From a virus (taxonomy: Duplodnaviria; Caudoviricetes), in the IMG/VR virus record IMGVR_UViG_3300015615_000196, positions 96,001 through 160,000 of that record: DNA of 64,000 nt; one strand, written 5' to 3'. A program made the position numbers and the translations under genes. Of this stretch, positions 6,290 through 14,814 are shown piece after piece. A model generated the notes under the pieces. It had not been told where the DNA came from, did no database searches, and worked only from the letters and a program-made list of their open reading frames with translations. Numbering within the stretch: position 1 is the first letter of the stretch; every line of letters starts with the position of its first letter.

Positions 6290-6452
6290 GGAAGTACTGG
6301 ATCAGTACTCGTATCTCTGCGGAGGTGATGACTACGATGGTTGCATGACTGATCGTGGACAATGGGAATTCGAAAAGATCACTGACGAATTGAGCAAACG
6401 CTTAATCGCCTGTGGATTTTTGAAGGAACACATTAATGCAGGAATGCATTAA
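6225..6452 (+). CDS. hypothetical protein
   Basis: 75-aa ORF (GGDDYDGCMT), ends before tRNA-His. Confidence 0.6.
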   Translation: MNKKELKWKTEILERIPKMTNEEVLDQYSYLCGGDDYDGCMTDRGQWEFEKITDELSKRLIACGFLKEHINAGMH

Positions 6453-6458
6453 TGAAAT

Positions 6459-6533
6459 GGGTTAGGTAGCATAATTGGTTAATGCCCTTGACTGTGGATC
6501 AAGTGTATGCGGGTTCGAGACCCGTCCTAACCC
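6459..6533 (+). tRNA. tRNA-His(GTG)
   Basis: G-1 and C73, acceptor GGTTAGG/CCTAACC, anticodon arm CTTGA-CTGTGGA-TCAAG. Confidence 0.95.
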
Positions 6534-6552
6534 CTTAACGTACTTTGAAATT

Positions 6553-6774
6553 ATGGCACACAAAAAAACAACCGTACCGAAAGTTGAAGCTAAAGTAGTT
6601 TCGCTTACGATCCTTTGTCCAACATTGAACAAAGAAGTTATCGTTACCAGTGATTATTCTTTTTCAGGATATGAAGCAGAATGTGAACTGTGTGGATCGC
6701 ACGGTGAAGTGAAGGTGTGTATAATGAAATGTGAATGCGGTAAGACGCATGACATTCAACTTAGTTCTTGGTAA
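6553..6774 (+). CDS. small Cys-rich putative zinc-binding protein
   Basis: CP, CELCGSHG, CECGKTH motifs; ATG at 6553. Confidence 0.65.
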   Translation: MAHKKTTVPKVEAKVVSLTILCPTLNKEVIVTSDYSFSGYEAECELCGSHGEVKVCIMKCECGKTHDIQLSSW

Positions 6775-6816
6775 CTAACTTAGTAACTAAGAAATATCGG
6801 ACATGTCCGATAAAAT

Positions 6817-6889
6817 TGTCCTCTGGTGTAATTGGCAACACGCCTGACTTTGAATCAGGAGAGTTCAGGTTCGACCCCTGAGAGGACAA
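6817..6889 (+). tRNA. tRNA-Gln(TTG)
   Basis: Acceptor TGTCCTC/GAGGACA, anticodon arm CCTGA-CTTTGAA-TCAGG. Confidence 0.95.
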
Positions 6890-6890
6890 C

Positions 6891-6962
6891 TGCCGAATAG
6901 TATAATGGCGATTATTTCTGGCTCTGAACCAGAGGATGTGAGTTCGATTCTCACTTCGGTAT
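6891..6962 (+). tRNA. tRNA-Gln(CTG)
   Basis: Acceptor TGCCGAA/TTCGGTA, anticodon arm TCTGG-CTCTGAA-CCAGA. Confidence 0.92.
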
Positions 6963-6968
6963 CTACAT

Positions 6969-7041
6969 GGTGTTTGTGTTGTAGTGGCTAACATACCAAA
7001 CTGTGAATTTGGAGAAGACGGATCGAAACCGTCCTTACACC
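6969..7041 (+). tRNA. tRNA-His(GTG), divergent
   Basis: Anticodon arm CCAAA-CTGTGAA-TTTGG; two U-U mismatches in acceptor; T-loop ATCGAAA. Confidence 0.75.
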
Positions 7042-7049
7042 CACTTGAT

Positions 7050-7122
7050 TGCTGAGTAGTATAATGGTTCATTACTGCCGCCTTTGAAGCGGAGGATGAA
7101 GGTTCGATTCCTTCCTCAGCGA
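7050..7122 (+). tRNA. tRNA-Gln(TTG)
   Basis: Acceptor TGCTGAG/CTCAGCG, anticodon arm CCGC-CTTTGAA-GCGG, T-arm GAAGG-TTCGATT-CCTTC. Confidence 0.9.
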
Positions 7123-7123
7123 C

Positions 7124-7321
7124 TTAAACCATCATTAGTTTTATCAAGTCATCTTTAGAGACTGGTACTACGATGGTCTTGAATGGGAGAAGCGGTAATC
7201 CAAATACCGTGATGTAACCTGTCTTCACAATATGAAAGTTTCTTTTGTATTCGTGAGTTTGAAGATTTACAGTTAACTCGTAATAGAAGCGAGTCACTCT
7301 TTTGATTCCAAAAATTTTCAT
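7124..7321 (-). CDS. hypothetical protein
   Basis: 65-aa ORF coupled to upstream gene (TAATG overlap). Confidence 0.55.
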   Translation of the reverse strand: MKIFGIKRVTRFYYELTVNLQTHEYKRNFHIVKTGYITVFGLPLLPFKTIVVPVSKDDLIKLMMV

Positions 7322-7812
7322 TAGTTGTGAATGATTAATTCTTTGTTCTTGTAATCGATGATCGCATCGTTGCTTCGTAAAAAGTCCGATCCCAAAACAC
7401 CAACTATTGGCATTCCATCTGCATCGAACGATTCAACCACAAGTTTCAAATTCGCTCCGAAAGGATAAACTTTCAACATGATACTGTCGTGCTCAAACTT
7501 ACAGTTGGCAACATTGTATCTGCTTGATAATCCACCTATCCCGGCCAATCGACTATCAGTCTCATTGAATGTAAATTTGTACTTGTCTGACTGATTGATG
7601 TCCAGCAGTGATGCAGCAGCACCAGTGTCAAGTAGAAGATTTGCATTGCGATTATTCAACTTTATCGGTACAAAGTATAAATACTTGTGATGAATCAATG
7701 CAATGGTTTTCGGTGTTTTGTCTTTAGAAATCGATTTCGAAGTTTTGAGTTGTTCTGGTCTGAATGATGCAAGTATTAGTAGGAGTGATATGAGGATCAC
7801 CATTCTTTTCAT
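7321..7812 (-). CDS. retropepsin-like aspartyl protease with signal-like N-terminus
   Basis: LLLDTGA catalytic motif and GVLGSDFL...IDY motif. Confidence 0.85.
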   Translation of the reverse strand: MKRMVILISLLLILASFRPEQLKTSKSISKDKTPKTIALIHHKYLYFVPIKLNNRNANLLLDTGAAASLLDINQSDKYKFTFNETDSRLAGIGGLSSRYNVANCKFEHDSIMLKVYPFGANLKLVVESFDADGMPIVGVLGSDFLRSNDAIIDYKNKELIIHN

Positions 7813-7833
7813 GACCGTTGTATGTTTATGAAC

Positions 7834-8187
7834 TCAAATTTTGTAAACTCTTAGTTTCAATTTATAAATACGGGCTACATCAATCATGTTCTCGGAACCT
7901 CTTGAATTATTTTTCCAGAACACTACGCAAGCATCTGCGTACCTACCCATTTCTCCGTTTCTGATTGGCCCCGCACTTCTACCGTGCTTATTCCAGTCAG
8001 CAGGAAAGTATTTCACTGCGTGACCTTTCTCAATTGCGTACTGCTCTCCCAACGTATCAGCACCTCTTGCTTTTCCGCAAACGATTTCAACTGGTTCAGT
8101 TACATTTTGTAACAGGTGATCCAACTTCTCACTGAGAAATTTATAGTCCAAAAAATCTCTACTTCCGGCAACAATTAATTTGAACAT
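7834..8187 (-). CDS. SLOG/YspA-like (DUF2493-type) protein
   Basis: IVAGSRDF, CGKARGADTLG, ADWNKHGRSAGPIRN motifs. Confidence 0.85.
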   Translation of the reverse strand: MFKLIVAGSRDFLDYKFLSEKLDHLLQNVTEPVEIVCGKARGADTLGEQYAIEKGHAVKYFPADWNKHGRSAGPIRNGEMGRYADACVVFWKNNSRGSENMIDVARIYKLKLRVYKI

Positions 8188-8226
8188 GCCACAGATTTGT
8201 GTAAACTTACTAAAGTATTTATTGAT

Positions 8227-8895
8227 ATGCAAACACCCTTGAGCGATTTTTGGTTAACGGCTGATCCAATAGATTTCGAACACAAAAAATATCTCATGCT
8301 TGCCTATCAGCAGAAAATGCTGCACGATCTTACTCGCAAAAAACTTTACCCAAATCTCACTGACATCGTTGACAGATTAGCCTACGTCAATGACTTCCTT
8401 CGTAATATGGTTGACTTGGAAAACTCAGCAGTCGCTATCGATCACATTGATTGGCTCAAGAAAGAAGTTATCTACAAAACAAAAATCACAGACGAAACAT
8501 TTGAAGAGGTTCGAGATATTGCAATCATGTCACGAGATATTCTTGCTGACTTGTACATCCGCTATAAAAACTTCTACGATGAAGTTGATGGCAGTATAGT
8601 AATAAGTGGTACGAAGTTCACAGTCTTCGACAAGTACGATGGGTATCTTCAAGTAAAATATGATATGGGAAAGAAGGAGAAGATAATGTACTACGACATC
8701 TATCGTGTTATGTTTCCTGAACCAACATTTCACCTTCACACTTCAAAAGCATCAATGAAACAATACTTCGGTGAACGATTCAAAAAGAATATTTTTGAAG
8801 TCATTATGAATGAAAATTACCCGGCAAAGGAGACTGCCATTCCGGTATTTAGACGTAAGTTCTTATTGTACATTATGGGCAACTACGTACTGTAG
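8227..8895 (+). CDS. hypothetical protein
   Basis: 222-aa ORF from ATG 8227; GTATTTAT upstream. Confidence 0.75.
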   Translation: MQTPLSDFWLTADPIDFEHKKYLMLAYQQKMLHDLTRKKLYPNLTDIVDRLAYVNDFLRNMVDLENSAVAIDHIDWLKKEVIYKTKITDETFEEVRDIAIMSRDILADLYIRYKNFYDEVDGSIVISGTKFTVFDKYDGYLQVKYDMGKKEKIMYYDIYRVMFPEPTFHLHTSKASMKQYFGERFKKNIFEVIMNENYPAKETAIPVFRRKFLLYIMGNYVL

Positions 8896-9108
8896 TTACC
8901 ACTTCCCTTTGAGACAGCGTTTCTTTTTTGATCTCACAGAAGTTGAGATCGGACAATTACAAATCCCACATCTTACAATCGGATGTTTCTTGTAGTGCAT
9001 ACAATTAACGCAAATTGCCAAACGCTTTTTTGCAAGTTCTTCGGAAGCAGCATTCGGAAAGATTAGATTCTTCCAACCATCCATTATCAACTTCATTTCT
9101 TCTATCAT
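8896..9108 (-). CDS. small Cys-rich protein
   Basis: RLAICVNC..RCGICNCP..K..CLKGKW pattern. Confidence 0.7.
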   Translation of the reverse strand: MIEEMKLIMDGWKNLIFPNAASEELAKKRLAICVNCMHYKKHPIVRCGICNCPISTSVRSKKKRCLKGKW

Positions 9109-9761
9109 GGCGTAGGTTGTACGGGATTTTGCTGTACAGGTGCTGGTTGCTGCGGTGCAGCAGGTTGTTTCTTTTGTTTCGGTTGTGGCTTCGGAATTCT
9201 TTGGATTGTGTTATCCAATTGTCCGATGTACTGCATCAACTGTGGTTCACTCATTTTCATAAATGTTTCCAGTGTTGAAAGTTTCGGCATCTTAAACGAT
9301 GCCACATCTTGCTTTGCAACGTTGGTTGTCTTACCAAAAAGATTCTTTGCTGGTTTCACCGTATCACTTACAGTCTTCACCTTTTGTAAACACTTCAAAA
9401 CCAAATTGTACTTCTTCGGATTTTCCTGTTGAAGCTGTGCCAAAATACCTTTTGCTTTTTTGATCTCTTGTGGTGTACCGTAGATACCATCGAAACTCGG
9501 TGTGTTATTTATTGCAACACCCGGCTTCAATTTCTTATTTGGGAAATCAAAATAGTTGATACCAATTAAATCCTTGTAGATGGCATTGGCAGCAACCTTC
9601 GGAGATAAAGCAAGATTTGTTGAGAGCCAGTCACTATAGTTGTCGAAGATTCTTTTAATGGGTTCGTTACCCAACATCGTCTTTCTATAGTTCTTGTCCT
9701 TATTGTAAAGTGCCTCTAAGTGATCGTACACTGCATCAACAAAAGAATTTACTTTACTCAT
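9105..9761 (-). CDS. hypothetical protein
   Basis: 218-aa ORF overlapping both neighbours; P/Q-rich tail. Confidence 0.75.
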   Translation of the reverse strand: MSKVNSFVDAVYDHLEALYNKDKNYRKTMLGNEPIKRIFDNYSDWLSTNLALSPKVAANAIYKDLIGINYFDFPNKKLKPGVAINNTPSFDGIYGTPQEIKKAKGILAQLQQENPKKYNLVLKCLQKVKTVSDTVKPAKNLFGKTTNVAKQDVASFKMPKLSTLETFMKMSEPQLMQYIGQLDNTIQRIPKPQPKQKKQPAAPQQPAPVQQNPVQPTP

Positions 9762-11679
9762 AGATCAATCGTCCTCCTTTTGAAACAAGTATGTGATATG
9801 CTTTGTTCTTCGCCTCAATGAGAGCATTGTGAAGAACTTCCTGTGCGGTAAGTCCGTTGTCGTAGATTCTCAACTTCTGGATACCACCCACCATCGATTT
9901 GTCGAAGATTTTTTCGATCAGTAATCCGTCTTTAGTCTTGTCTTTCACAAGTTTATCTGATCCGACAAATTTGAACTTGTCGAAGTAGTATGCAAATCCT
10001 GCATTGAGCGGGAAGTCTGACTTTACGAATAAACCAACTTTTACTTTCTGCTTGTTTGAATTGTGTTTGAGTCTGATCTTGTATCTGATTTCAAACCATT
10101 CATTCGGTTGTCCGTTGCCACCACCCAAGTAGCTGAACATATACGGTTGCTCTTCGATCACTTCAATATCCACATTGGCAGTGAAGAACAAACCAGTTTC
10201 ACCTGTTGCATATGTCGCAAAGATGTCTCGGTCGTAGAAGTTGACGGTAAACGTGTAATCTCGGTTACTAATCAAATCCAAGTCTTCCATATACTCCAAG
10301 TAGTATTCGTTGGTAGTTGTACCTGTCGTTCCACTATGCGTAATTGCAAGTACAGTGTTCGGAGTAATGTGCATCGGATCACAAGGATCAACATTATGGA
10401 AGGTCGTACTGTCTGCACTTACTGTAACGTATTTCGTCCATCCGGTAATCGGAGCAGGAGGGCAATCGTATACAACCGTAGGATTAACTACGAATGTATA
10501 TCCGGTCATTACCTGTGCTTCGGTGTTTTCATCGAAGATGGTACGTGGGTTCAAGTCCCAATGATATGAGTGCTTCAAGCCAAATGATCCACCACCCCAA
10601 CTAACGTTGTATGGTACACCTTCTTGTTTCTCTCTCGCGTTCTTGAAACCTCTGAAATAAAATTCATCAAAGTCTTTGATCTTCCAGAACTGTCTTCCGT
10701 TGACATAGATTATGAAGTCACCCTTTCTTAAATCTGCACAGTTGAGCAAATCAGGATCGGTGATGATGTCGTATGGTTTGAAAACAATCGTGATGATCGT
10801 CCAGCCTGTCTTTGACATTGCATGAACTGATTCTGCTGTTTCAATATGTCCTTCTGAATCGATTTTTGTATAGCCGATCTTTCTGTCTGATGACAAATAG
10901 AATCCGATAACATTATTGTAAATGTCATTCGGTAAATTTTCAATCGTAATTTCTTCCGTGTGATTCTGGTCGTTGATTGCTTTCTTCGCTACTGTGTACT
11001 CAGAAGTTGAATTCAAGAAATTATATTCGCTGGTTGTTACACCACTGAATGCCTTTTCACTTGATACGGTTTGGAATGTCCCCTTTGACCCGAATGTGAC
11101 CCCTGTGGTAGTTGCCGTGTACGTTACGCATTCTCCTGAGAAATATGGAATGTATTTGTCTTCGGCTCTTGCGCCCATGAGCAAGAAGTATCCATCGTTG
11201 AATGACTGTGGAGTCAAGTACACGATGGTTTCATATGTTACGCCCTTCGCATAACGATAAGGAAGGACTTGATAATCAAATTGTGAGAGTTTGAAGAAAC
11301 CTTGAAGGTATCCACCATCAACAATGAAATAGTTCCCGGTGGTCAAACCAGAGACTGTTGTTGCGGTTACTCCGGTGATCCCGTACCCATCGTAGAAGGT
11401 TCCACCCGTAGGTAGATTGTATCCAACACGGTAAAGGGTAAGTTTGTTGTCTTTCGGGGTTAATGTAAGAGAGTCAGTCATTTCATTGACTCTTCCATTG
11501 TCGAATCCGGTGAGACCGAAATCATAAAGGAAAAGGTCACTTGAAAAACCTCCCGACCATTTGGTTAGACTTACAGACGTGAAGCCAGTGTTCAAATTCC
11601 ACGACTTCAAGCTGGTAAGGTCAATATATGCTGCCAAATCATCGTAGATGATTGTACTTAGACACGATAAATCTCTCAT
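9754..11679 (-). CDS. putative virion structural protein with LamG/concanavalin-like region
   Basis: 641 aa; WTIITIVF, IYVNG, GGIQKLRIYDNGLT motifs; late motif at 11693-11701. Confidence 0.65.
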   Translation of the reverse strand: MRDLSCLSTIIYDDLAAYIDLTSLKSWNLNTGFTSVSLTKWSGGFSSDLFLYDFGLTGFDNGRVNEMTDSLTLTPKDNKLTLYRVGYNLPTGGTFYDGYGITGVTATTVSGLTTGNYFIVDGGYLQGFFKLSQFDYQVLPYRYAKGVTYETIVYLTPQSFNDGYFLLMGARAEDKYIPYFSGECVTYTATTTGVTFGSKGTFQTVSSEKAFSGVTTSEYNFLNSTSEYTVAKKAINDQNHTEEITIENLPNDIYNNVIGFYLSSDRKIGYTKIDSEGHIETAESVHAMSKTGWTIITIVFKPYDIITDPDLLNCADLRKGDFIIYVNGRQFWKIKDFDEFYFRGFKNAREKQEGVPYNVSWGGGSFGLKHSYHWDLNPRTIFDENTEAQVMTGYTFVVNPTVVYDCPPAPITGWTKYVTVSADSTTFHNVDPCDPMHITPNTVLAITHSGTTGTTTNEYYLEYMEDLDLISNRDYTFTVNFYDRDIFATYATGETGLFFTANVDIEVIEEQPYMFSYLGGGNGQPNEWFEIRYKIRLKHNSNKQKVKVGLFVKSDFPLNAGFAYYFDKFKFVGSDKLVKDKTKDGLLIEKIFDKSMVGGIQKLRIYDNGLTAQEVLHNALIEAKNKAYHILVSKGGRLIYE

Positions 11680-11785
11680 TTTTGGACTTTTTTATAAATA
11701 CTAATCGCCAATCGAACGATTAGATTTTCTTGGAATTGAAAACTCCTGTTTGATCAAATTTCCGTATTTATAAAAAACTATATTG

Positions 11786-12994
11786 ATGGCAAACCGCTCA
11801 CAAGATCAAATCACAGAGAAGAAAAAGAAAAAACATTCCCTACGTGGATATTTAGGGCTTCCGATAAGCGGAGTGCTTTACAGTGCCCCACAATTTTCTT
11901 CTTACGATGGCGATAGCAGTGATGTCAGCGAAATGATCAAAGTTGCGAAGTCACTTCAAGAAACTATTGAAGAGACAGGCAAGAAGTACGAAGTCTATGA
12001 TGTTACGGAGAATGACGGTATTCAAAGATACACCGCTCAGTTCCAACCGGACATGAAGGACAAGGAAGTCGGAAGTTTCCCGTACAACGAAAGCAAGTAT
12101 GTCGTAACGATCAAGAATCCTGACGATGGCAAAATTGTCACAATTGGTCAAAATCCACCTGATCACGAAAAGCAGTTAATGGAAAAAGACAAGAAGAAAC
12201 CAGAACCAAAGCACATTAGACATTGGTCTGCAAAATATTGGGACAAGACTCCGATCAAGAAAATCCTTTCTGAAATTATCGAACCGGATTCAGTTGACGT
12301 ATCATTGTTGAAATTCAACGATGAACTTAATCCTGAATTGTGGGATGGAGATAAATTGAAGGAAGATGTACGCACCGCTCTCTTGAAGATAGCAGTTGCT
12401 TTCATCAAGTCATGCAAGATCGAAGAATACCAGTACAAGGATATTGTGTTTGTCGGCAGTAACGCCAACTACACATATACTCCGGCATCTGACATCGACA
12501 TCCATATTGTAATGGACTTCGATCAGTTCAATGTAAAAGATGATGCGATACTTGGTGAGTACTTCGATGCAAAAAAGGACATCTGGTCAAACGTCCACGA
12601 TATTAATGTACACGGTCATACCGTTGAATGCTACGTTCAGAATTCACAAGAACCATACACTTCGTTTGGCGTATACTCATTAGTTAATGATGAATGGGTA
12701 AGAGAACCAATCAAGAAGATGGTTAGTGTTGATGAAGGAGACATTCAACTCAAAGCAGCAGCGTACATGAACACTATCGATAAACTTGAAGAGCGTTTCA
12801 AGAAAGGCGAAGATGTTACTGCTGAGGCAAAGAAAGTGAAGGACAAACTCAAGAAGATCAGACAGAACAGTCTTCAAAAGGAAGGTGAATACTCGGTTGA
12901 AAATCTCGTATTTAAGGTTTTACGTAACAGTGGTTACTTGGAAAAATTGATTGATCTCAAGAATAACAGCATTGATAAAAGTCTCTCAGTATAA
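11786..12994 (+). CDS. Pol-beta-superfamily nucleotidyltransferase
   Basis: VGSNANYTY..SDIDIHI and VECYVQ motifs; late motif GTATTTATA at 11764. Confidence 0.8.
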   Translation: MANRSQDQITEKKKKKHSLRGYLGLPISGVLYSAPQFSSYDGDSSDVSEMIKVAKSLQETIEETGKKYEVYDVTENDGIQRYTAQFQPDMKDKEVGSFPYNESKYVVTIKNPDDGKIVTIGQNPPDHEKQLMEKDKKKPEPKHIRHWSAKYWDKTPIKKILSEIIEPDSVDVSLLKFNDELNPELWDGDKLKEDVRTALLKIAVAFIKSCKIEEYQYKDIVFVGSNANYTYTPASDIDIHIVMDFDQFNVKDDAILGEYFDAKKDIWSNVHDINVHGHTVECYVQNSQEPYTSFGVYSLVNDEWVREPIKKMVSVDEGDIQLKAAAYMNTIDKLEERFKKGEDVTAEAKKVKDKLKKIRQNSLQKEGEYSVENLVFKVLRNSGYLEKLIDLKNNSIDKSLSV

Positions 12995-14268
12995 TGGCAA
13001 AGCAATATTACATCACGGAAACACAGTATCGTAAACTTATCGAAGCAAAAAAATCGAGACAGGACACATACCGTACAATCTGTGAAGAAATTGATAAGAA
13101 GAAGAAAACGTTGACCGAAGCTACCCAATTAAATGAAGGTATTATTGATACCATCAAGAAATATTGGAGAGCAGGTGCATTGACTGCCGGAATTCTTGCT
13201 TCATTACTTGCAGCACAAAAAGTTGATGCGCAGCAATTGCAACAAGCAGGTGTTCCTACTGAAATGGTTCAACAAGCACAGGAACAGATTAAATTCAATC
13301 CTTCGCAGATGACGAACCAACAGATTGAAAAGCGTCTTGTCCAGATCATGAAGCAAAACCATTTGAAAGGATCGCTTCAACAATACCATGCTTTGAATCC
13401 ACAACAGAAGGAGAACATCCTTAATGGTATAAAGAAACAAATCACTTCGTTGGATGACATCAATGCAGTAAGCATTGGTGACTGGCAGAAGGAATTCAAT
13501 TCATCGGACAATGCAATAGAATTTGCCCAACACCATGAGTCAATGGTAACTGTAGAAACAGTTGACACTGTTTCAACCGTACCACTTATGAAAAGTTTTG
13601 CAAAGAACTCAGCAGTGCTTTCAAATCCAGAACAATTAAAGGCCGAATTAGATTCGTTGATAGAAGGCTATACTGAAATTGATTCTATTGTGATCGAGAC
13701 ATCATCAAGCACAACCAGAAATACTGGCCCATCAGAAGGAATGACATGGTTGGAACTTTCAACTCAAAGAGCCAATGCAGTCGCTCAAATTTTAATAGGT
13801 CAGAACATTGATCTTGGTGGCGAAGGTGTGAATATCGTTGGGAAGATTACCCCGGAAATGATCCACATCAATGCTCAAGGCGAAAATGGTGACGGAACCA
13901 GTGGGCCAAAAAGTCCATATGAAGTAAATCCTCAATATGTACAGTCATATAAAGAAAGAGGTATCGATCCTAAATTCTGGCAATCAGCAGCAAAAGATGC
14001 ACCGTATCCAGAACAAGAACTTTACAAATACAATCTCCACCAAAAAGTTAACATAAAGATATACGCTCGTGTAGTAAAAACCGAAACCAAGGACGTACCA
14101 TCATACCGATATGTGTTCTTGAATGTAAAAAATCTTGGTGGTAATATTGAAACAGGTACTCAGGTAAAGAAACAGAACTATAAAAAATGTCCTGTTAAAA
14201 CTGATCAACATCAGGCACACCCTGACAGTCCGAATCAATCAAAACACCATGTACCAAATCATCATTAA
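12994..14268 (+). CDS. putative internal head protein with OmpA-like C-terminal region
   Basis: N-terminal YITETQYRKLIE, LTE/LNE motifs, hydrophobic segment, FAKNSAVL...LELSTQRANAVAQIL. Confidence 0.55.
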   Translation: MAKQYYITETQYRKLIEAKKSRQDTYRTICEEIDKKKKTLTEATQLNEGIIDTIKKYWRAGALTAGILASLLAAQKVDAQQLQQAGVPTEMVQQAQEQIKFNPSQMTNQQIEKRLVQIMKQNHLKGSLQQYHALNPQQKENILNGIKKQITSLDDINAVSIGDWQKEFNSSDNAIEFAQHHESMVTVETVDTVSTVPLMKSFAKNSAVLSNPEQLKAELDSLIEGYTEIDSIVIETSSSTTRNTGPSEGMTWLELSTQRANAVAQILIGQNIDLGGEGVNIVGKITPEMIHINAQGENGDGTSGPKSPYEVNPQYVQSYKERGIDPKFWQSAAKDAPYPEQELYKYNLHQKVNIKIYARVVKTETKDVPSYRYVFLNVKNLGGNIETGTQVKKQNYKKCPVKTDQHQAHPDSPNQSKHHVPNHH

Positions 14269-14269
14269 T

Positions 14270-14296
14270 AAAAAACCCCCGACTTCGGGGGTTTTC
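14270..14296. terminator. bidirectional intrinsic terminator
   Basis: AAAACCCCCGA-CT-TCGGGGGTTTT between convergent genes. Confidence 0.8.
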
Positions 14297-14307
14297 ACTT
14301 TTTGGGT

Positions 14308-14667
14308 TTACCTGAATAGTGCAACAGATTGACTCGATTGCTTTGATTTCCTGACTTTGTAGTCTTTACCATTGGTCAAATGAAATGTTTTGTATTTCTC
14401 GTCTTCATCAATGGATTTTACCAGAGTCGAGTTGATGATGCCGTATTTCTCCTTTGAAGAGAAGGTTGACAAGGTGTCCAGCACCGGGTAATCGAGCAAA
14501 AGGACTTCAATGCCAACTGATTTGTGTTTAAGTTGCTGCTCCTTTGCAACTTGCTCGACCGTGTTCGTATTTATGAGATAAGCGGAATAATACGATTTTT
14601 TGGTTGTTTGTGCGTAAGTGAGAGTTGAACCCACCAGTGCAATCGTCAAGAAAAGTAAGTTTTTCAT
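14308..14667 (-). CDS. secreted hypothetical protein
   Basis: Signal peptide MKNLLFLTIALVGSTLTYA-Q; GCAAC-N16-CGTATAA upstream. Confidence 0.7.
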   Translation of the reverse strand: MKNLLFLTIALVGSTLTYAQTTKKSYYSAYLINTNTVEQVAKEQQLKHKSVGIEVLLLDYPVLDTLSTFSSKEKYGIINSTLVKSIDEDEKYKTFHLTNGKDYKVRKSKQSSQSVALFR

Positions 14668-14814
14668 AGATGTTTTGTCTTGTTAACTCCTTATACGGGT
14701 GACATGGCCAAATGTTGCGTAGAACTTACTATTTTTTACAGAAAATTGTATTTTGACCCTCAAAAGAGTATTTATAAAAAAATACTTGAATAACATTATT
14801 TAAGCACTCATAAA

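Noticed and set aside
1737-7072. ORF-track calls overlapping tRNAs (1737-1997, 1826-2053, 5145-5525, 5378-5605, 6761-7072)
   Set aside because: Shadow frames over RNA genes with no protein-like features.
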